DNA of 63,230 nt, filler included. It is 10 parts of 10 records of this genome, joined end to end, with 100 filler letters (N's around TTAATTAATTAA, not from the genome) between each part and the next. Parts side by side here need not be neighbours in the genome. Positions count along the whole stretch, not along the records: positions 1 to 8,441 come from SRR31147125_5535; positions 8,542 to 17,714 come from SRR31147125_5536; 8 more parts are not named here. One strand, given 5' to 3'. Shown here in pieces: positions 1 through 9,463 of the stretch. The notes beneath the pieces were generated by a model. It was not told where the DNA came from and did no database searches. It saw only the letters and a list, made by a program, of their open reading frames with translations. Position 1 is the stretch's first letter. Each line of letters opens with the position of its first letter. Both the position numbers and the translations under genes were made by a program.

Positions 1-79
1 TTGACTTAAAAAATATATAGAATATTTTTCAAGGCAAAGTCAAATTGAATCGTTTTGACTTATAAAAATATATAAGGAG

Positions 80-1540
80 TTGGAAAACATGGGATATGTA
101 CATAATTATGGATTAACTAAGAAAATTAAAGAGATACCTGCTGAAGCAGTTGAGATGATAAAGAAAACTGTTGAGGTACACAAAGATATATTGAGACTTG
201 ATTTTGATGAGGATAAACCGCCTGTTATTACAAATAAAGAGATTCAACTAAATGGTTATGGAGATAAAGGTTATGAGACTTTCTACTTCTCTACTAAACA
301 AACAGAATACTACTGCAAAACTAATGAGAAAGATTATGACAGGACTGTTACTAAAATTCTTCTGATCCTTTACCACTGCATACCAGAGTTTAAATTAAGT
401 AGTGATGGATTCTGGATCTCTGAGAGACAAGCTAAGGAATTTAGGAAAAGTGGGAAAGTTAACTTAGCTGATTTCTGGAATGAAGCTCTTGAATATATGG
501 ATGAAAGGTATGATATTAAGTTCAAGTGGAAACTGAAAACATCTAAAAGTGGTAGCCACGAATACTACTGCATGAATATACAGAGACAAGTTATAAAGGA
601 AAAAGCAAGCTCTAATAAAGCCAAAACAAAAAAAGTTAAATACACAAAAGAAGAGAAAGCTGAGTATTTTAAGAAGCAACTTCAGGACCTGAAAGACTCT
701 ATTGAGGATAAAATTATTGATTTCATTGAGAACTCAGAAGAGCTAAAACGCTTTATTATGTTTAAGAAAAAACATTTTAAGACCTATAGTATGAGAAATT
801 CTCTACTAATCTACGACCAGTTCCCTAATGCAAGTTATGTTGCTGGATATGTCAAATGGAAAGAACTTGGCTACACAGTTAAAAAAGGCTCGAAAGGTAT
901 AAAAATATTAATTCCACTAATCAAGAAAAAAGAGGAAAAAGGTGAAGAGAAGCAGGAGCTATACGGCTTTAAAGCTGTATCGGTATTTGATATAGCACAA
1001 GTTGAAGCTGGCCCAGATGCACAAGCTATTCCATCAATTAACCTGGATATCCATTCTACTGAAAATATGCAATATGACGAAAACTTACTTTTCCAAGCTG
1101 TTAAGAGCTTTATAACTTTACAATGTAGATTGAATATTGTAGATGATAAGTCGCTAGGAAGAGCACTTGGTATGACAGATGGTAAAGAGATCTATCTCTT
1201 AGACACAGGTAAACCACTAGATATGGCAACTATCCTAATTCATGAGTTCTCGCATTTTCACAATCATTTCAAAGATAATAGAAAAGAGTTAACTAAAGGA
1301 CAAAAAGAGACAGAGGCAGAAATCACAGCGATGATATTTGCCTCTTATTTTAATTTAGACCACGAAAATAGATTTAAATACCTAGCCATGTACAGAAAAG
1401 AAAGAGAGCTTGATAAATGCTTCAACACTGCATTAAACACATTCGACTACATCATATTAGATGAAGAGGATAAAACTGGCTTAGAATCAATATTACAGCG
1501 TCTAAACGAGGAGGAAAACTATGAACCTAAAGCAAGTTAA
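80..1540 (+). CDS. Polyvalent ArdC-like protein: uncharacterised N-terminal domain, ArdC-type ssDNA-binding domain, HExxH metallopeptidase-like domain
   Basis: YSMRNSLLIYDQFPNASYVAGYVKWKELGYTVKKGSKG is typical of ArdC-N; HEFSH followed by EAE; RBS AAGGAG before the start region. Confidence 0.8.
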   Translation: MENMGYVHNYGLTKKIKEIPAEAVEMIKKTVEVHKDILRLDFDEDKPPVITNKEIQLNGYGDKGYETFYFSTKQTEYYCKTNEKDYDRTVTKILLILYHCIPEFKLSSDGFWISERQAKEFRKSGKVNLADFWNEALEYMDERYDIKFKWKLKTSKSGSHEYYCMNIQRQVIKEKASSNKAKTKKVKYTKEEKAEYFKKQLQDLKDSIEDKIIDFIENSEELKRFIMFKKKHFKTYSMRNSLLIYDQFPNASYVAGYVKWKELGYTVKKGSKGIKILIPLIKKKEEKGEEKQELYGFKAVSVFDIAQVEAGPDAQAIPSINLDIHSTENMQYDENLLFQAVKSFITLQCRLNIVDDKSLGRALGMTDGKEIYLLDTGKPLDMATILIHEFSHFHNHFKDNRKELTKGQKETEAEITAMIFASYFNLDHENRFKYLAMYRKERELDKCFNTALNTFDYIILDEEDKTGLESILQRLNEEENYEPKAS

Positions 1541-1763
1541 TGATCTATTTAAAGAATCTGAAAAGAAAAATATAAATAGAGATGAATTACCAAATGAAGT
1601 ACAAGCCCTATTATCAAAAGATAAGTATACAGGAGTTCAAGAAGCTATAAGAGAAAATGCTGACCTACTATTGCTTCAAGAACAACAATCACAAAAACCA
1701 AAAATACTTCTGCTCCTTGAAAGAGAACCATATGGAGTAGAGGTCATAAAGGAGTTCATCTGA
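1521..1763 (+). CDS. Hypothetical protein
   Basis: 80-aa ORF with GAGG RBS, overlapping both neighbours in an operon. Confidence 0.6.
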   Translation: MNLKQVNDLFKESEKKNINRDELPNEVQALLSKDKYTGVQEAIRENADLLLLQEQQSQKPKILLLLEREPYGVEVIKEFI

Positions 1764-2242
1764 TGAGTAAAAAATCAAGTCAAAATATTAACTTAAAAGT
1801 TTTAGTGCAAGTTCAAGGTGGTATAGCTGATGTAATAACTAACTCAAGTGAAATAGAAGTATTTCTAATAGATTATGACAATGAAGACTGCTGTTTAAAT
1901 GAACTAGACTGCTATACGAAAGATCTCTATCAAACATTAAAAAAATCAGGGAGAAAAACAATGGATAAATTTAAAAATAGGCTATTTACAACAAGGGCAG
2001 TTAAAGAGGAGCTACCCCCTGAACTAATATGCTTAATTATTAAGCTCACTCAAAATCTACATTTAGAAACACAAGTAGATTACCTACAGATATTTAAAAT
2101 TAGAAATAACGTACTTATCCACAAGCAAGAGGTTCCAAAGTATAGAAAAGGCCATAAGCTACCAATTAATATTAACAGGTGTCAACTATTCTTCATTGAT
2201 AGCGGAGAATACAGCACACTTATGTTTAGTCATGAATACTAA
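1763..2242 (+). CDS. DUF960-like protein (from internal ATG 1961) preceded in frame by a small VQGG...IDYDN domain; probably two genes
   Basis: FTTRAV...DYLQIF...HKQE...STLMFSHEY resembles DUF960; GGGAG RBS before ATG 1961. Confidence 0.6.
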   Translation: MSKKSSQNINLKVLVQVQGGIADVITNSSEIEVFLIDYDNEDCCLNELDCYTKDLYQTLKKSGRKTMDKFKNRLFTTRAVKEELPPELICLIIKLTQNLHLETQVDYLQIFKIRNNVLIHKQEVPKYRKGHKLPININRCQLFFIDSGEYSTLMFSHEY

Positions 2243-2310
2243 GGAGCTACTATGTAAAAATTGTCTATGTAACTTTAAGAGATATTTTAAAAATAGGGTG
2301 GTGAGAAAAG

Positions 2311-2694
2311 ATGTGGATAGATGATGTTGTGTATATTAAAAAAGAACTTGAGGTCCAGCTAATAACAGATAAAACAAAAATAACAAGAAAAGCTGAAATA
2401 TATCTAGAAGTTGAAGTAATAGGTGAACTTAATTATTCACTTAATCCTGAAGATTATGCATTCCCTGATATTGAAATTAAGTCACTACAAATATATTTAC
2501 ATTCATTTCATAACAATATTAACATCAACTCTATTGAAATTCCTAACTTTACTAGTGACCTAACAGTGAAAACAGATAGCTTTGATAAAACAATAGAAAG
2601 CTATGAGTTTATTGATTTACCTAACCTAAATACTACACAACTTCTATTATCCCAAGATAATATACAGCTAAAGTATGAAAGAGAGGCAGCATAA
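2311..2694 (+). CDS. Hypothetical protein
   Basis: 127-aa ORF, GGTGGTGAG RBS-like sequence upstream, same operon direction. Confidence 0.6.
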   Translation: MWIDDVVYIKKELEVQLITDKTKITRKAEIYLEVEVIGELNYSLNPEDYAFPDIEIKSLQIYLHSFHNNININSIEIPNFTSDLTVKTDSFDKTIESYEFIDLPNLNTTQLLLSQDNIQLKYEREAA

Positions 2695-2873
2695 TGAGAA
2701 GAGGAAATGTTTATCAATATATGTATGATGGAGATTCAAGTAAACTTAAATATCCAGGCCAGATAGGGAAACAGTTTAAATTCCAAAACTTAACAGAAAA
2801 TATTATAGAGGTGCTTCCAAAAGCATCTCTTCAAGGTTTAGTTGAAGTAAAAACAATTGAGGTGAATGGCTAA
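2694..2873 (+). CDS. Small hypothetical protein (59 aa, MRRGNVYQY...IEVNG), absent from the ORF track
   Basis: ATG overlaps the upstream TAA (TAATG), GAGAGG RBS, open frame to TAA 2871-2873. Confidence 0.6.
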   Translation: MRRGNVYQYMYDGDSSKLKYPGQIGKQFKFQNLTENIIEVLPKASLQGLVEVKTIEVNG

Positions 2874-2945
2874 TGGATATATCAAAACAATATCTAATAG
2901 AATCACTATATCATGATAAATGCGAGAAAGGTTGTGAGATGTAAG

Positions 2946-3437
2946 ATGAAGTTATATGAAATTGAAGAAGCATTAATTGAAACACTAAATATATTCCTTG
3001 AAAGTGACGGCTCAGAAGAGGACCAAGAACTTTACAAAGAGATGATGGATTTGCTACAAACAGAACTCTCAAGGAAGTCTAGTAACATACTAAAATACAT
3101 AAATAGCTTGCAAGCTGATATTGACTATATATCTAACGAAAAGAAACGACTTGATAAAATCAAAAAGAGTAAAGAGGTAAAAATTAATAGATTGTCTAAT
3201 TATATTATTATGGTGATGGCAAATTTAGACAAAGCAAAAATAGAAACAGAGATAGGGAACTATGCCCTAAGAAAAAGCACCAAAGTAGATGTAGTAAATG
3301 AAGAGCTTATACCGGAAGAGTATTTTAAAGTTAAAACAGATAAAACTGTTGATAAAACTACCCTTAAAGAGATTTTAAAATTCAAAGCCGTTCCTGGGGT
3401 GAAGCTAACCACAGGCTACAATTTAAACATTCAGTAA
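2946..3437 (+). CDS. Siphovirus Gp157 family protein
   Basis: MKLYEI start, coiled coil, C-terminal LRKSTKVDV..IPEEY..VDKT..VPGVKL..NLNIQ pattern. Confidence 0.85.
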   Translation: MKLYEIEEALIETLNIFLESDGSEEDQELYKEMMDLLQTELSRKSSNILKYINSLQADIDYISNEKKRLDKIKKSKEVKINRLSNYIIMVMANLDKAKIETEIGNYALRKSTKVDVVNEELIPEEYFKVKTDKTVDKTTLKEILKFKAVPGVKLTTGYNLNIQ

Positions 3438-3462
3438 TACATCACTGATAAGTTATAAGGAG

Positions 3463-4110
3463 ATGGAGAAAACAATGGAAATAGATGAAACTAAAAAGAA
3501 GCTTCAGGAACCATTTCTTGAAGAAGATATTAAATGGAAAATTACAGCAACAACTCAAGACAAAGCTAAAGGTCTCGCTGTACCTTATCTCGACACCAGA
3601 GCTATCCAAAGACGCTTAGATGATGTTCTAGGCATAGAAGCATGGAAAACATCCTACAAAGAGATTGAAGGCGGCTTCATCTGTAGCTTAAGCTTGAAAC
3701 TAGATAATAAATGGATTACGAAAGAAGACGGAGCAGATAAAACAGAGTATGAGAAAATCAAAGGTGGAATATCCTCTGCATTCAAAAGAACTGCAAGTAG
3801 TGGCTTTGGAATTGGTAGAAGTATCTATGATATCCCTAGTCAATGGATTAAAGTAAAGAAACAAGGCAAATCCTATGTTCCAGATGAAAAAATTAGCTTA
3901 CCTAAAGAATATGTAAAAAATACAAAAGAAGACTTAACCCAATTCTTAAACCTAAAAATGCCTGTAGGAAAATATCAAAATATGAGTTTAAAAGAAATAA
4001 TTGATAAAGAACCAAATTATTTAAATTTTATACTTAAGAAATCAAACCAATTATCAAGTGATTTAGTTTTAGCTTGTGCTGTTTTGAAAAAGGAATATAT
4101 GATTGCTTAA
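3463..4110 (+). CDS. Rad52/Rad22-family (Sak-like) ssDNA annealing protein with small C-terminal MPxGKY domain
   Basis: LQEPF..DIKW, YLDTRAIQRRLDDVLG, KEDGA, KGGISSAFKR..FGIGR motifs; AAGGAG RBS. Confidence 0.85.
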   Translation: MEKTMEIDETKKKLQEPFLEEDIKWKITATTQDKAKGLAVPYLDTRAIQRRLDDVLGIEAWKTSYKEIEGGFICSLSLKLDNKWITKEDGADKTEYEKIKGGISSAFKRTASSGFGIGRSIYDIPSQWIKVKKQGKSYVPDEKISLPKEYVKNTKEDLTQFLNLKMPVGKYQNMSLKEIIDKEPNYLNFILKKSNQLSSDLVLACAVLKKEYMIA

Positions 4111-4313
4111 AATAAGAAGGTTATTGTAAAAGTTTTAAAATTATAAATTCTACAGGGTTTTAAATCTAATAAAAATTATAAATTGACTTTTTCAGTAACC
4201 TCAAAATAAATATAACTTTAGAAGTAGCTTTATTATTCTAATTATAATCTATATATAAACTAATATAGAAGATATAAAAACATTGATTTTATTAAATCAC
4301 AGCGCTGATTATA

Positions 4314-4761
4314 AATGTAATAACCTACCTTTTCGAAGTTAATATACTACTTTATTATATTTAATTTCCCACCTTTTTGAAGTTAATAACCTACCTAATT
4401 TGGTGTTGATATAATACCTTTTTAAAGTTAATAACATACTTTTTAAGTAAGTAAACGAGTGCTTTGTATAGTTATTTTTCTCTTAAAGTTAATAACCTAC
4501 CTTGTTGTAGTATTTATATTTAATATCCTACCTAACTGCTAGCAGTATATCATATTTGAAGTTAATAACCTACGTTTAATCATTAAAGGTATAATATTAA
4601 CTTTAAAAAGTGTTGTATTTTATTAAAAATAGTGTATAATTGTTACTGTAGGGTATAATATCAACTTTAAAATAAATTGAAAGGTATAATATAGAATGCA
4701 AATGCGTACTTAAAGTATGATATCAAGTATAAATATTTAGTGAAAGGTATGATATTAAATA
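4314..4761. repeat. Iteron array of the plasmid origin, consensus AAGTTAATAACCTACC
   Basis: Direct copies at 4314, 4336, 4358, 4380, 4403, 4425, 4486, 4517, 4559; inverted copies at 4588, 4652, 4683, 4714, 4746; directly upstream of rep, next to an AT-rich tract. Confidence 0.8.
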
Positions 4762-6619
4762 TGGATAACGAGTTAATACCAAAAACTGGTGTTTTAGATA
4801 TAAAAAGAGAAGAAACAGAAATTTTTTATGATATCAAAGATGAAATAGAAGAGGAAAATAATAGTAATATTGTCAGATTCGAAATGACTGTGCTTAGATT
4901 TCCGTTTTTTACATATTCAAAAAATACTTAAAGAAAAATAGAGTTTTGAATTATTCTTTTAGTAAAGAAAGAGACGAGTATTTAAAAATTGTTCCTGGTA
5001 TGGATAGGTCAGTTCCGGGAGAAGTTGAAGAAAAAATATATTTTGCTTTGACAATTATTTTAAAAAGAAACGGATATGCTAATCCTTTTTATACAACGCC
5101 TAAAGAAATAGCTGATATTATTAATATAACTTATAAAGGATATGCTAAAAAAATTACAGAAGGTTTATATAAGCTAAGTACTACTACATACGAATATAAA
5201 AATTTATTCAAACCGACAGAAAATAATAATTTAAAATCTGAAGGAGCTTATAAAATCATAGACTTTACTGCTTATACAAGAGCAGAGGTAGATAAAAATA
5301 TTTTAGGTGAAATAAATGATAGATCACAAACAATCTATAAAGTTTCCTTTGCAAATGATTTTTATAAAAATATTTTAGAGAGTGGTTATTTAGCATTAGA
5401 TTCTGAGAAAATATTAAAAATTAAGAAAACTACAGCCAGAAAACTTTATTCTTTACTAGAAGTTCATAGATTTTATAAACTTGAGTATACAGCAAGCAGT
5501 AGATTTTTAGCTGCAAAGATTCCATTAGTTTGGAGCCCAAATCAATATTCGCAGACTGTAAAAGCTATTAAAGAAGCAGCTGAATATTTAAAAAATGAAG
5601 AATATTTAGAAAATTTTATTTTTAATAGTGAGAAAGGTAATGGGAAATCATATTTTACGTTTTATTATGATTCAGATAAACATAATAAAGAAAAGAAAAT
5701 AGGGTACTACGAAGACAGAGCTGAGTTTAGTCAGTTCGCTGAAGAACTTGAAGCGAAAGGGTATTCTGTTAAAATAGCAAGTGAGTATAATATTAACAAT
5801 TTAAGTGTGGATGCACAAAAAATATTTGATATAATGCCAGATAATGCTAAGAACTATGCAGGGTTAATAAAGCTTGTTAATGACGTTATTAGTAAATATG
5901 GGTATTATTATGTTGAGTATATTGCGTTAAAAATGAGGAACAATGGGAAAAAAATAAAGTTTCCTCTTAAATTTTTCAAAGTTCTTTTAAATGATAAAGC
6001 TATACATTTAGAGGCATCCAAATATACAGAAAATAAAAGAATTGAGAACGAGAATATTATTAAAGCTGAAAAAATAGAAGAAAAAACTAAACTAGTAGCT
6101 TCCTTTTATTCTTTTAATAAAGAAAAACAAGAGGATTTATTGAATAAATATTTATCTTCATTTGGACTAGGAAGAAAAGCAATTGAAAAAGCTTTAAATA
6201 TTGAGAGCTCTAGAGATGATATAATAATAGATTTAATGGAAAAACTAAAGGAAGCTGAAAATCAACTTGCAGAGAAAAAAGAAGAAGACATTGCAGAAAA
6301 AAGTAAATCATCAAAAGTAGCCAATGAAATAGCAAAAGAAACAGAAATTGAAAACATAGAACCAATCGATCAAGAGATAAAAAAAGAAGTGGTTAATTCT
6401 GAAGAATTATTATATGATCTAGAGGAAAAATTTACTAGTATAACTTCTTTTGCTATGAAAATATTAGAAATATTAGAAAAATTAGAAATTAAGAGCTCAA
6501 ATAAAGTTTTATCTGTTCTAAAAATATTTGAAGAATTTGATGATATTATTGAAAATTATAAACTAGAGTTAAAGTATAATTCAGATGAGAAAAGTTACAT
6601 AAAAATTAAAAAGGCTTAA
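4761..6619 (+). CDS. repA: Plasmid replication initiator (RepA-like), split by a one-base frameshift near 4919-4924
   Basis: IVRFEMTVLRFPFF N-terminal motif; adding one A to the A6 run joins ORFs 4740-4931 and 4946-6619 (TYSKKYLKKNRVLNY); lies between iterons and parA. Confidence 0.7.
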
Positions 6620-6630
6620 GGGGGACAGGA

Positions 6631-7368
6631 ATGAAGGTTATTTCAATTATCAATCAAAAAGGCGGAGTTGGAAAATCAACTACTGCTGTAAATTTAGCAG
6701 CAAGTCTTTCTAAAAATAAGAAAAAAGTTTTACTTATAGATATGGATCCACAAGGAGATACTACAGATTACTCAGGTATAATAGAAGAGCAAGAAATTAC
6801 AACTAAAGAATTTTTACTTGATGGCAAGGCTAATGTTATTGAGTTAAATTATTTTGATTTAATACCAGCAGATATTTCTTTAGCTGATTTTGAGCTTGCT
6901 GCTGCAAATAAATTCAGTAGAGAATTTTTATTAAGAGAACAATTGGAAGAGGATAAATTCAATAAATATGATTTTGTAATTTTGGATTGTCCACCTAGTT
7001 TAGGGTTACTATCTCTTAACTCATTAGTTGCGTCAGACCTAGCTTTAGTTCCGATAAAACTAGAAAGATTTAGTATAAAGGGAATAAGAGGGCTTTATGA
7101 TACTGTTCAAGAAGTAAAAAAAGCGAATAAAAAACTAGGGATAAAAATATTAGTAAACAATATAAATAAAAGTTTTAAGCATCATATAGAAAATTTAGAG
7201 GTAATAGAAGATCAAATAGGACAATTTAAACTAAAAACGCAAATAAGACAAGATGTTGCAATAGCAAAATCACAGAATGAAACACAGAACATATTTGATT
7301 TTAACTCTAAAAGCAAAGCTGCAGCAGATTATTTACAATTAGCTAAGGAAGTGATTAAACTTGGGTAA
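6631..7368 (+). CDS. parA: ParA/Soj family ATPase
   Basis: NQKGGVGKST Walker A, IDMDPQG, ILDCPPSLG. Confidence 0.95.
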   Translation: MKVISIINQKGGVGKSTTAVNLAASLSKNKKKVLLIDMDPQGDTTDYSGIIEEQEITTKEFLLDGKANVIELNYFDLIPADISLADFELAAANKFSREFLLREQLEEDKFNKYDFVILDCPPSLGLLSLNSLVASDLALVPIKLERFSIKGIRGLYDTVQEVKKANKKLGIKILVNNINKSFKHHIENLEVIEDQIGQFKLKTQIRQDVAIAKSQNETQNIFDFNSKSKAAADYLQLAKEVIKLG

Positions 7369-8089
7369 AAAGAAAAGCGTTGCATTATTAAGTGGTTTTG
7401 GAGAAGAAGAGAAAAAAGAAAAATTAGCAGTAGTTGAAATTCCTGTTCAAAGTTTAAATAAAGAGATAGTAGCTCAAAGTTATGATTTTGAATATTGTGA
7501 ATCGGATGAAATAAAAGATTACTTAACGGAACAATCGGTAAAAGTTCAAACGATAGTATCAAAAGGACATACTGAAATAGGAAGAGTATTAAAAGAGACA
7601 CAAGAAAGACTTTCAGGAGATAATCAATATAATGGATATTTTGAGAAATGGTATACATCTCAAGGTTTTAATAAAAAAGGAGTGTATAGATATATTAATC
7701 GGTTCAATTTGATTAGCTCGTGTCAAAATGACACGACTAAAGAATTAATTGAATCTATGCCTATTACGCTGAGTTATGAAATTTCAAACCCAAATTGTCC
7801 AGATAACTTAAAAGAAGCAGTTTTAAAAGGAGAAATAAAAACATTAAAGGAGTTTAATGCTAGAAAGCTCATCGATTATAGTAAAGGGGTTGATTCTGGT
7901 GAAAGGCCTCCAGTTTCAATTGAAACATTAAATGATAAATTTAATGCTGTAATGGGAAATAGAAGTAAGATAATAGAAAGAATTAAAAAAATAGAAGTAG
8001 ATGAAACTGAAATGGAAAAAGCAATGAGTTACTTAGAAAAAATAGAAAAAGACTTTAATAAACTTATGAAGTTTTTAAAAGTAGATTAA
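7361..8089 (+). CDS. Atypical ParA partner / putative centromere-binding protein (no ParB CTPase motif)
   Basis: Overlaps the parA stop; basic N-terminus; helical EIGRVLKE...FEKW...VYRYINR block; no GxRR motif. Confidence 0.6.
   Translation: MGKKKSVALLSGFGEEEKKEKLAVVEIPVQSLNKEIVAQSYDFEYCESDEIKDYLTEQSVKVQTIVSKGHTEIGRVLKETQERLSGDNQYNGYFEKWYTSQGFNKKGVYRYINRFNLISSCQNDTTKELIESMPITLSYEISNPNCPDNLKEAVLKGEIKTLKEFNARKLIDYSKGVDSGERPPVSIETLNDKFNAVMGNRSKIIERIKKIEVDETEMEKAMSYLEKIEKDFNKLMKFLKVD
7715..7736. promoter_or_regulatory. Intragenic palindrome TCGTGTCA-AAA-TGACACGA, candidate centromere site
   Basis: 22 bp identical to the palindrome at 8094-8115. Confidence 0.6.
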
Positions 8090-8090
8090 T

Positions 8091-8124
8091 AACAGCTCGT
8101 GTCAAAATGACACGAGCTGTTTTG
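8091..8124 (+). terminator. Perfect 14-bp-arm inverted repeat plus T tract: terminator and/or candidate centromere site
   Basis: AACAGCTCGTGTCA-AAA-TGACACGAGCTGTT then TT, starting 2 bp after the stop codon. Confidence 0.75.
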
Positions 8125-8237
8125 AAGTAATAAATTCTTATCAAAATAATGTATGATATGAGAGATATTGAAAACTTTTTCCTTAAAAAGAAAAAGAAAA
8201 CTTAGGACTTCAAAAACGCACAAATTAAAAGAAGACA

Positions 8238-8441
8238 GTGCAGAAAAGCGAATTTAATAATAAGTCTGTTAGAAAACTTGAAAATGAAATAAACCAATTA
8301 AGGAAAAGAAACACAGAGCTTGAGCTGAAAGTTGATTCACTAAAAAGAAAAATGGGAAGAAATCCTAAAACTAGAGAAGAACTAAAAATAGCTGCAAAAA
8401 AAGTAGTTAAGTTTAAAGCTGAAAAAAAATTAGCTGATAAA
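8238..8441 (+). CDS. Coiled-coil N-terminus fused to the C-terminal half of an HU protein (partial, contig end)
   Basis: MGRNPKTREELKIAAKKVVKFKAEKKLADK matches the HU arm and C-terminal helix. Confidence 0.55.
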
Positions 8442-8541
8442 NNNNNNNNNNNNNNNNNNNNNNNNNNNNNNNNNNNNNNNNNNNNTTAATTAATTAANNN
8501 NNNNNNNNNNNNNNNNNNNNNNNNNNNNNNNNNNNNNNNNN
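8442..8541. other. Artificial contig linker N44-TTAATTAATTAA-N44; also at 17715, 24150, 29584, 34900, 40526, 45668, 50983, 57028
   Basis: Identical 100-bp spacer with stops in all six frames; composition and gene content change at each. Confidence 0.98.
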
Positions 8542-9438
8542 CGCCCCCCGCTCGTCCTGATTCCTTTCCCCGTAGAAGACCAGCCTGTACTTACAGAGAG
8601 ACTGGCAGATCTGGCAGGTCGTAATACGCAGATCAGTGTCGGACAGCGCGGCAACCGCCGCACCCTCGTGGCCATGGCAACCGCCAATGCCAGCCAGCGA
8701 TTTGCCGATTTCGAGAAGAAGAGAGAAAGCTGGGGAAATCTGTGCTGCGACATCGAAAAACGGTTGCGGCTCTCGACCGCTCCGCAGACCGTCGAGTGTC
8801 TGGACATATCCAATACCAGCGGCACCAACAGCGTCGGCTCGCTCGTTCGTTTCGAGCATGGAGACCCGGCACCGTCGAAATATCGCCATTACAGGATTAC
8901 CACCATCACCGGTCCGGATGACTACGGTTCGATGCGCGAGGTTCTCATGCGGCGATTTTCAAAAGCGGAGGAAGATCTCGATTTACCGGATCTTCTCATG
9001 GTCGACGGAGGTAAGGGGCAACTCGCCGTTGCCGAATCGGTACTCGCAGAGGTCAACCTGACCAACCGGATAGACTTGGTCGGGATTGCGAAAGAACGGG
9101 AGGACGAAGGAGAAAAATTGTACAAGCCGGGCCGTAAAAACCCGATTGTACTCCCATACCACAACCCGGTCTTACTCTACCTGATGCGAATCCGCGACGA
9201 ATCGCACCGCTTCGGTGTGCGCTTTCACCGGTCTTTGCGAAATAAACAGACCCTGGCCTCCCAGCTCGACGAAATTCCCGGGATCGGGCCGACCAGAAGA
9301 AAACGTCTCCTGAAACAGATCGGTAGCCTGAAAAAAATCTCCGAGGCTGGTGTGGATGAGTTACACCGGGTAGAGGGTATCGGTCTGGAACTGGCCGAGC
9401 AGATTCACACCTATTTCAACACGGATCCTGGCGGATGA
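8542..9438 (+). CDS. uvrC: Excinuclease ABC subunit C, C-terminal part
   Basis: ECLDISN, PDDYGSM, VDGGKGQL, IRDESHRF, HhH motifs. Confidence 0.95.
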   Translation, partial: RPPLVLIPFPVEDQPVLTERLADLAGRNTQISVGQRGNRRTLVAMATANASQRFADFEKKRESWGNLCCDIEKRLRLSTAPQTVECLDISNTSGTNSVGSLVRFEHGDPAPSKYRHYRITTITGPDDYGSMREVLMRRFSKAEEDLDLPDLLMVDGGKGQLAVAESVLAEVNLTNRIDLVGIAKEREDEGEKLYKPGRKNPIVLPYHNPVLLYLMRIRDESHRFGVRFHRSLRNKQTLASQLDEIPGIGPTRRKRLLKQIGSLKKISEAGVDELHRVEGIGLELAEQIHTYFNTDPGG

Positions 9439-9463
9439 GACTGATATCGAAACGACATCAGTC

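Noticed and set aside
1763-2242. Novel fusion of a small domain with DUF960
   Set aside because: One extra A in the A7 run near 1939-1945 ends the first gene at a TAA overlapping ATG 1961, which has its own RBS; likely two genes
4314-4574. CRISPR array
   Set aside because: Repeats are degenerate 16-mers with mostly 6-7 bp gaps, next to rep, and no cas genes are present; iterons fit better
4900-4950. Programmed -1 frameshift in rep
   Set aside because: No clear X XXY YYZ slippery site or stimulator, and the same one-base undercall affects many unrelated genes in the window
8442-8541. TTAATTAATTAA as a biological repeat, and ORFs running through the N blocks
   Set aside because: Artificial linker, identical at all nine joins
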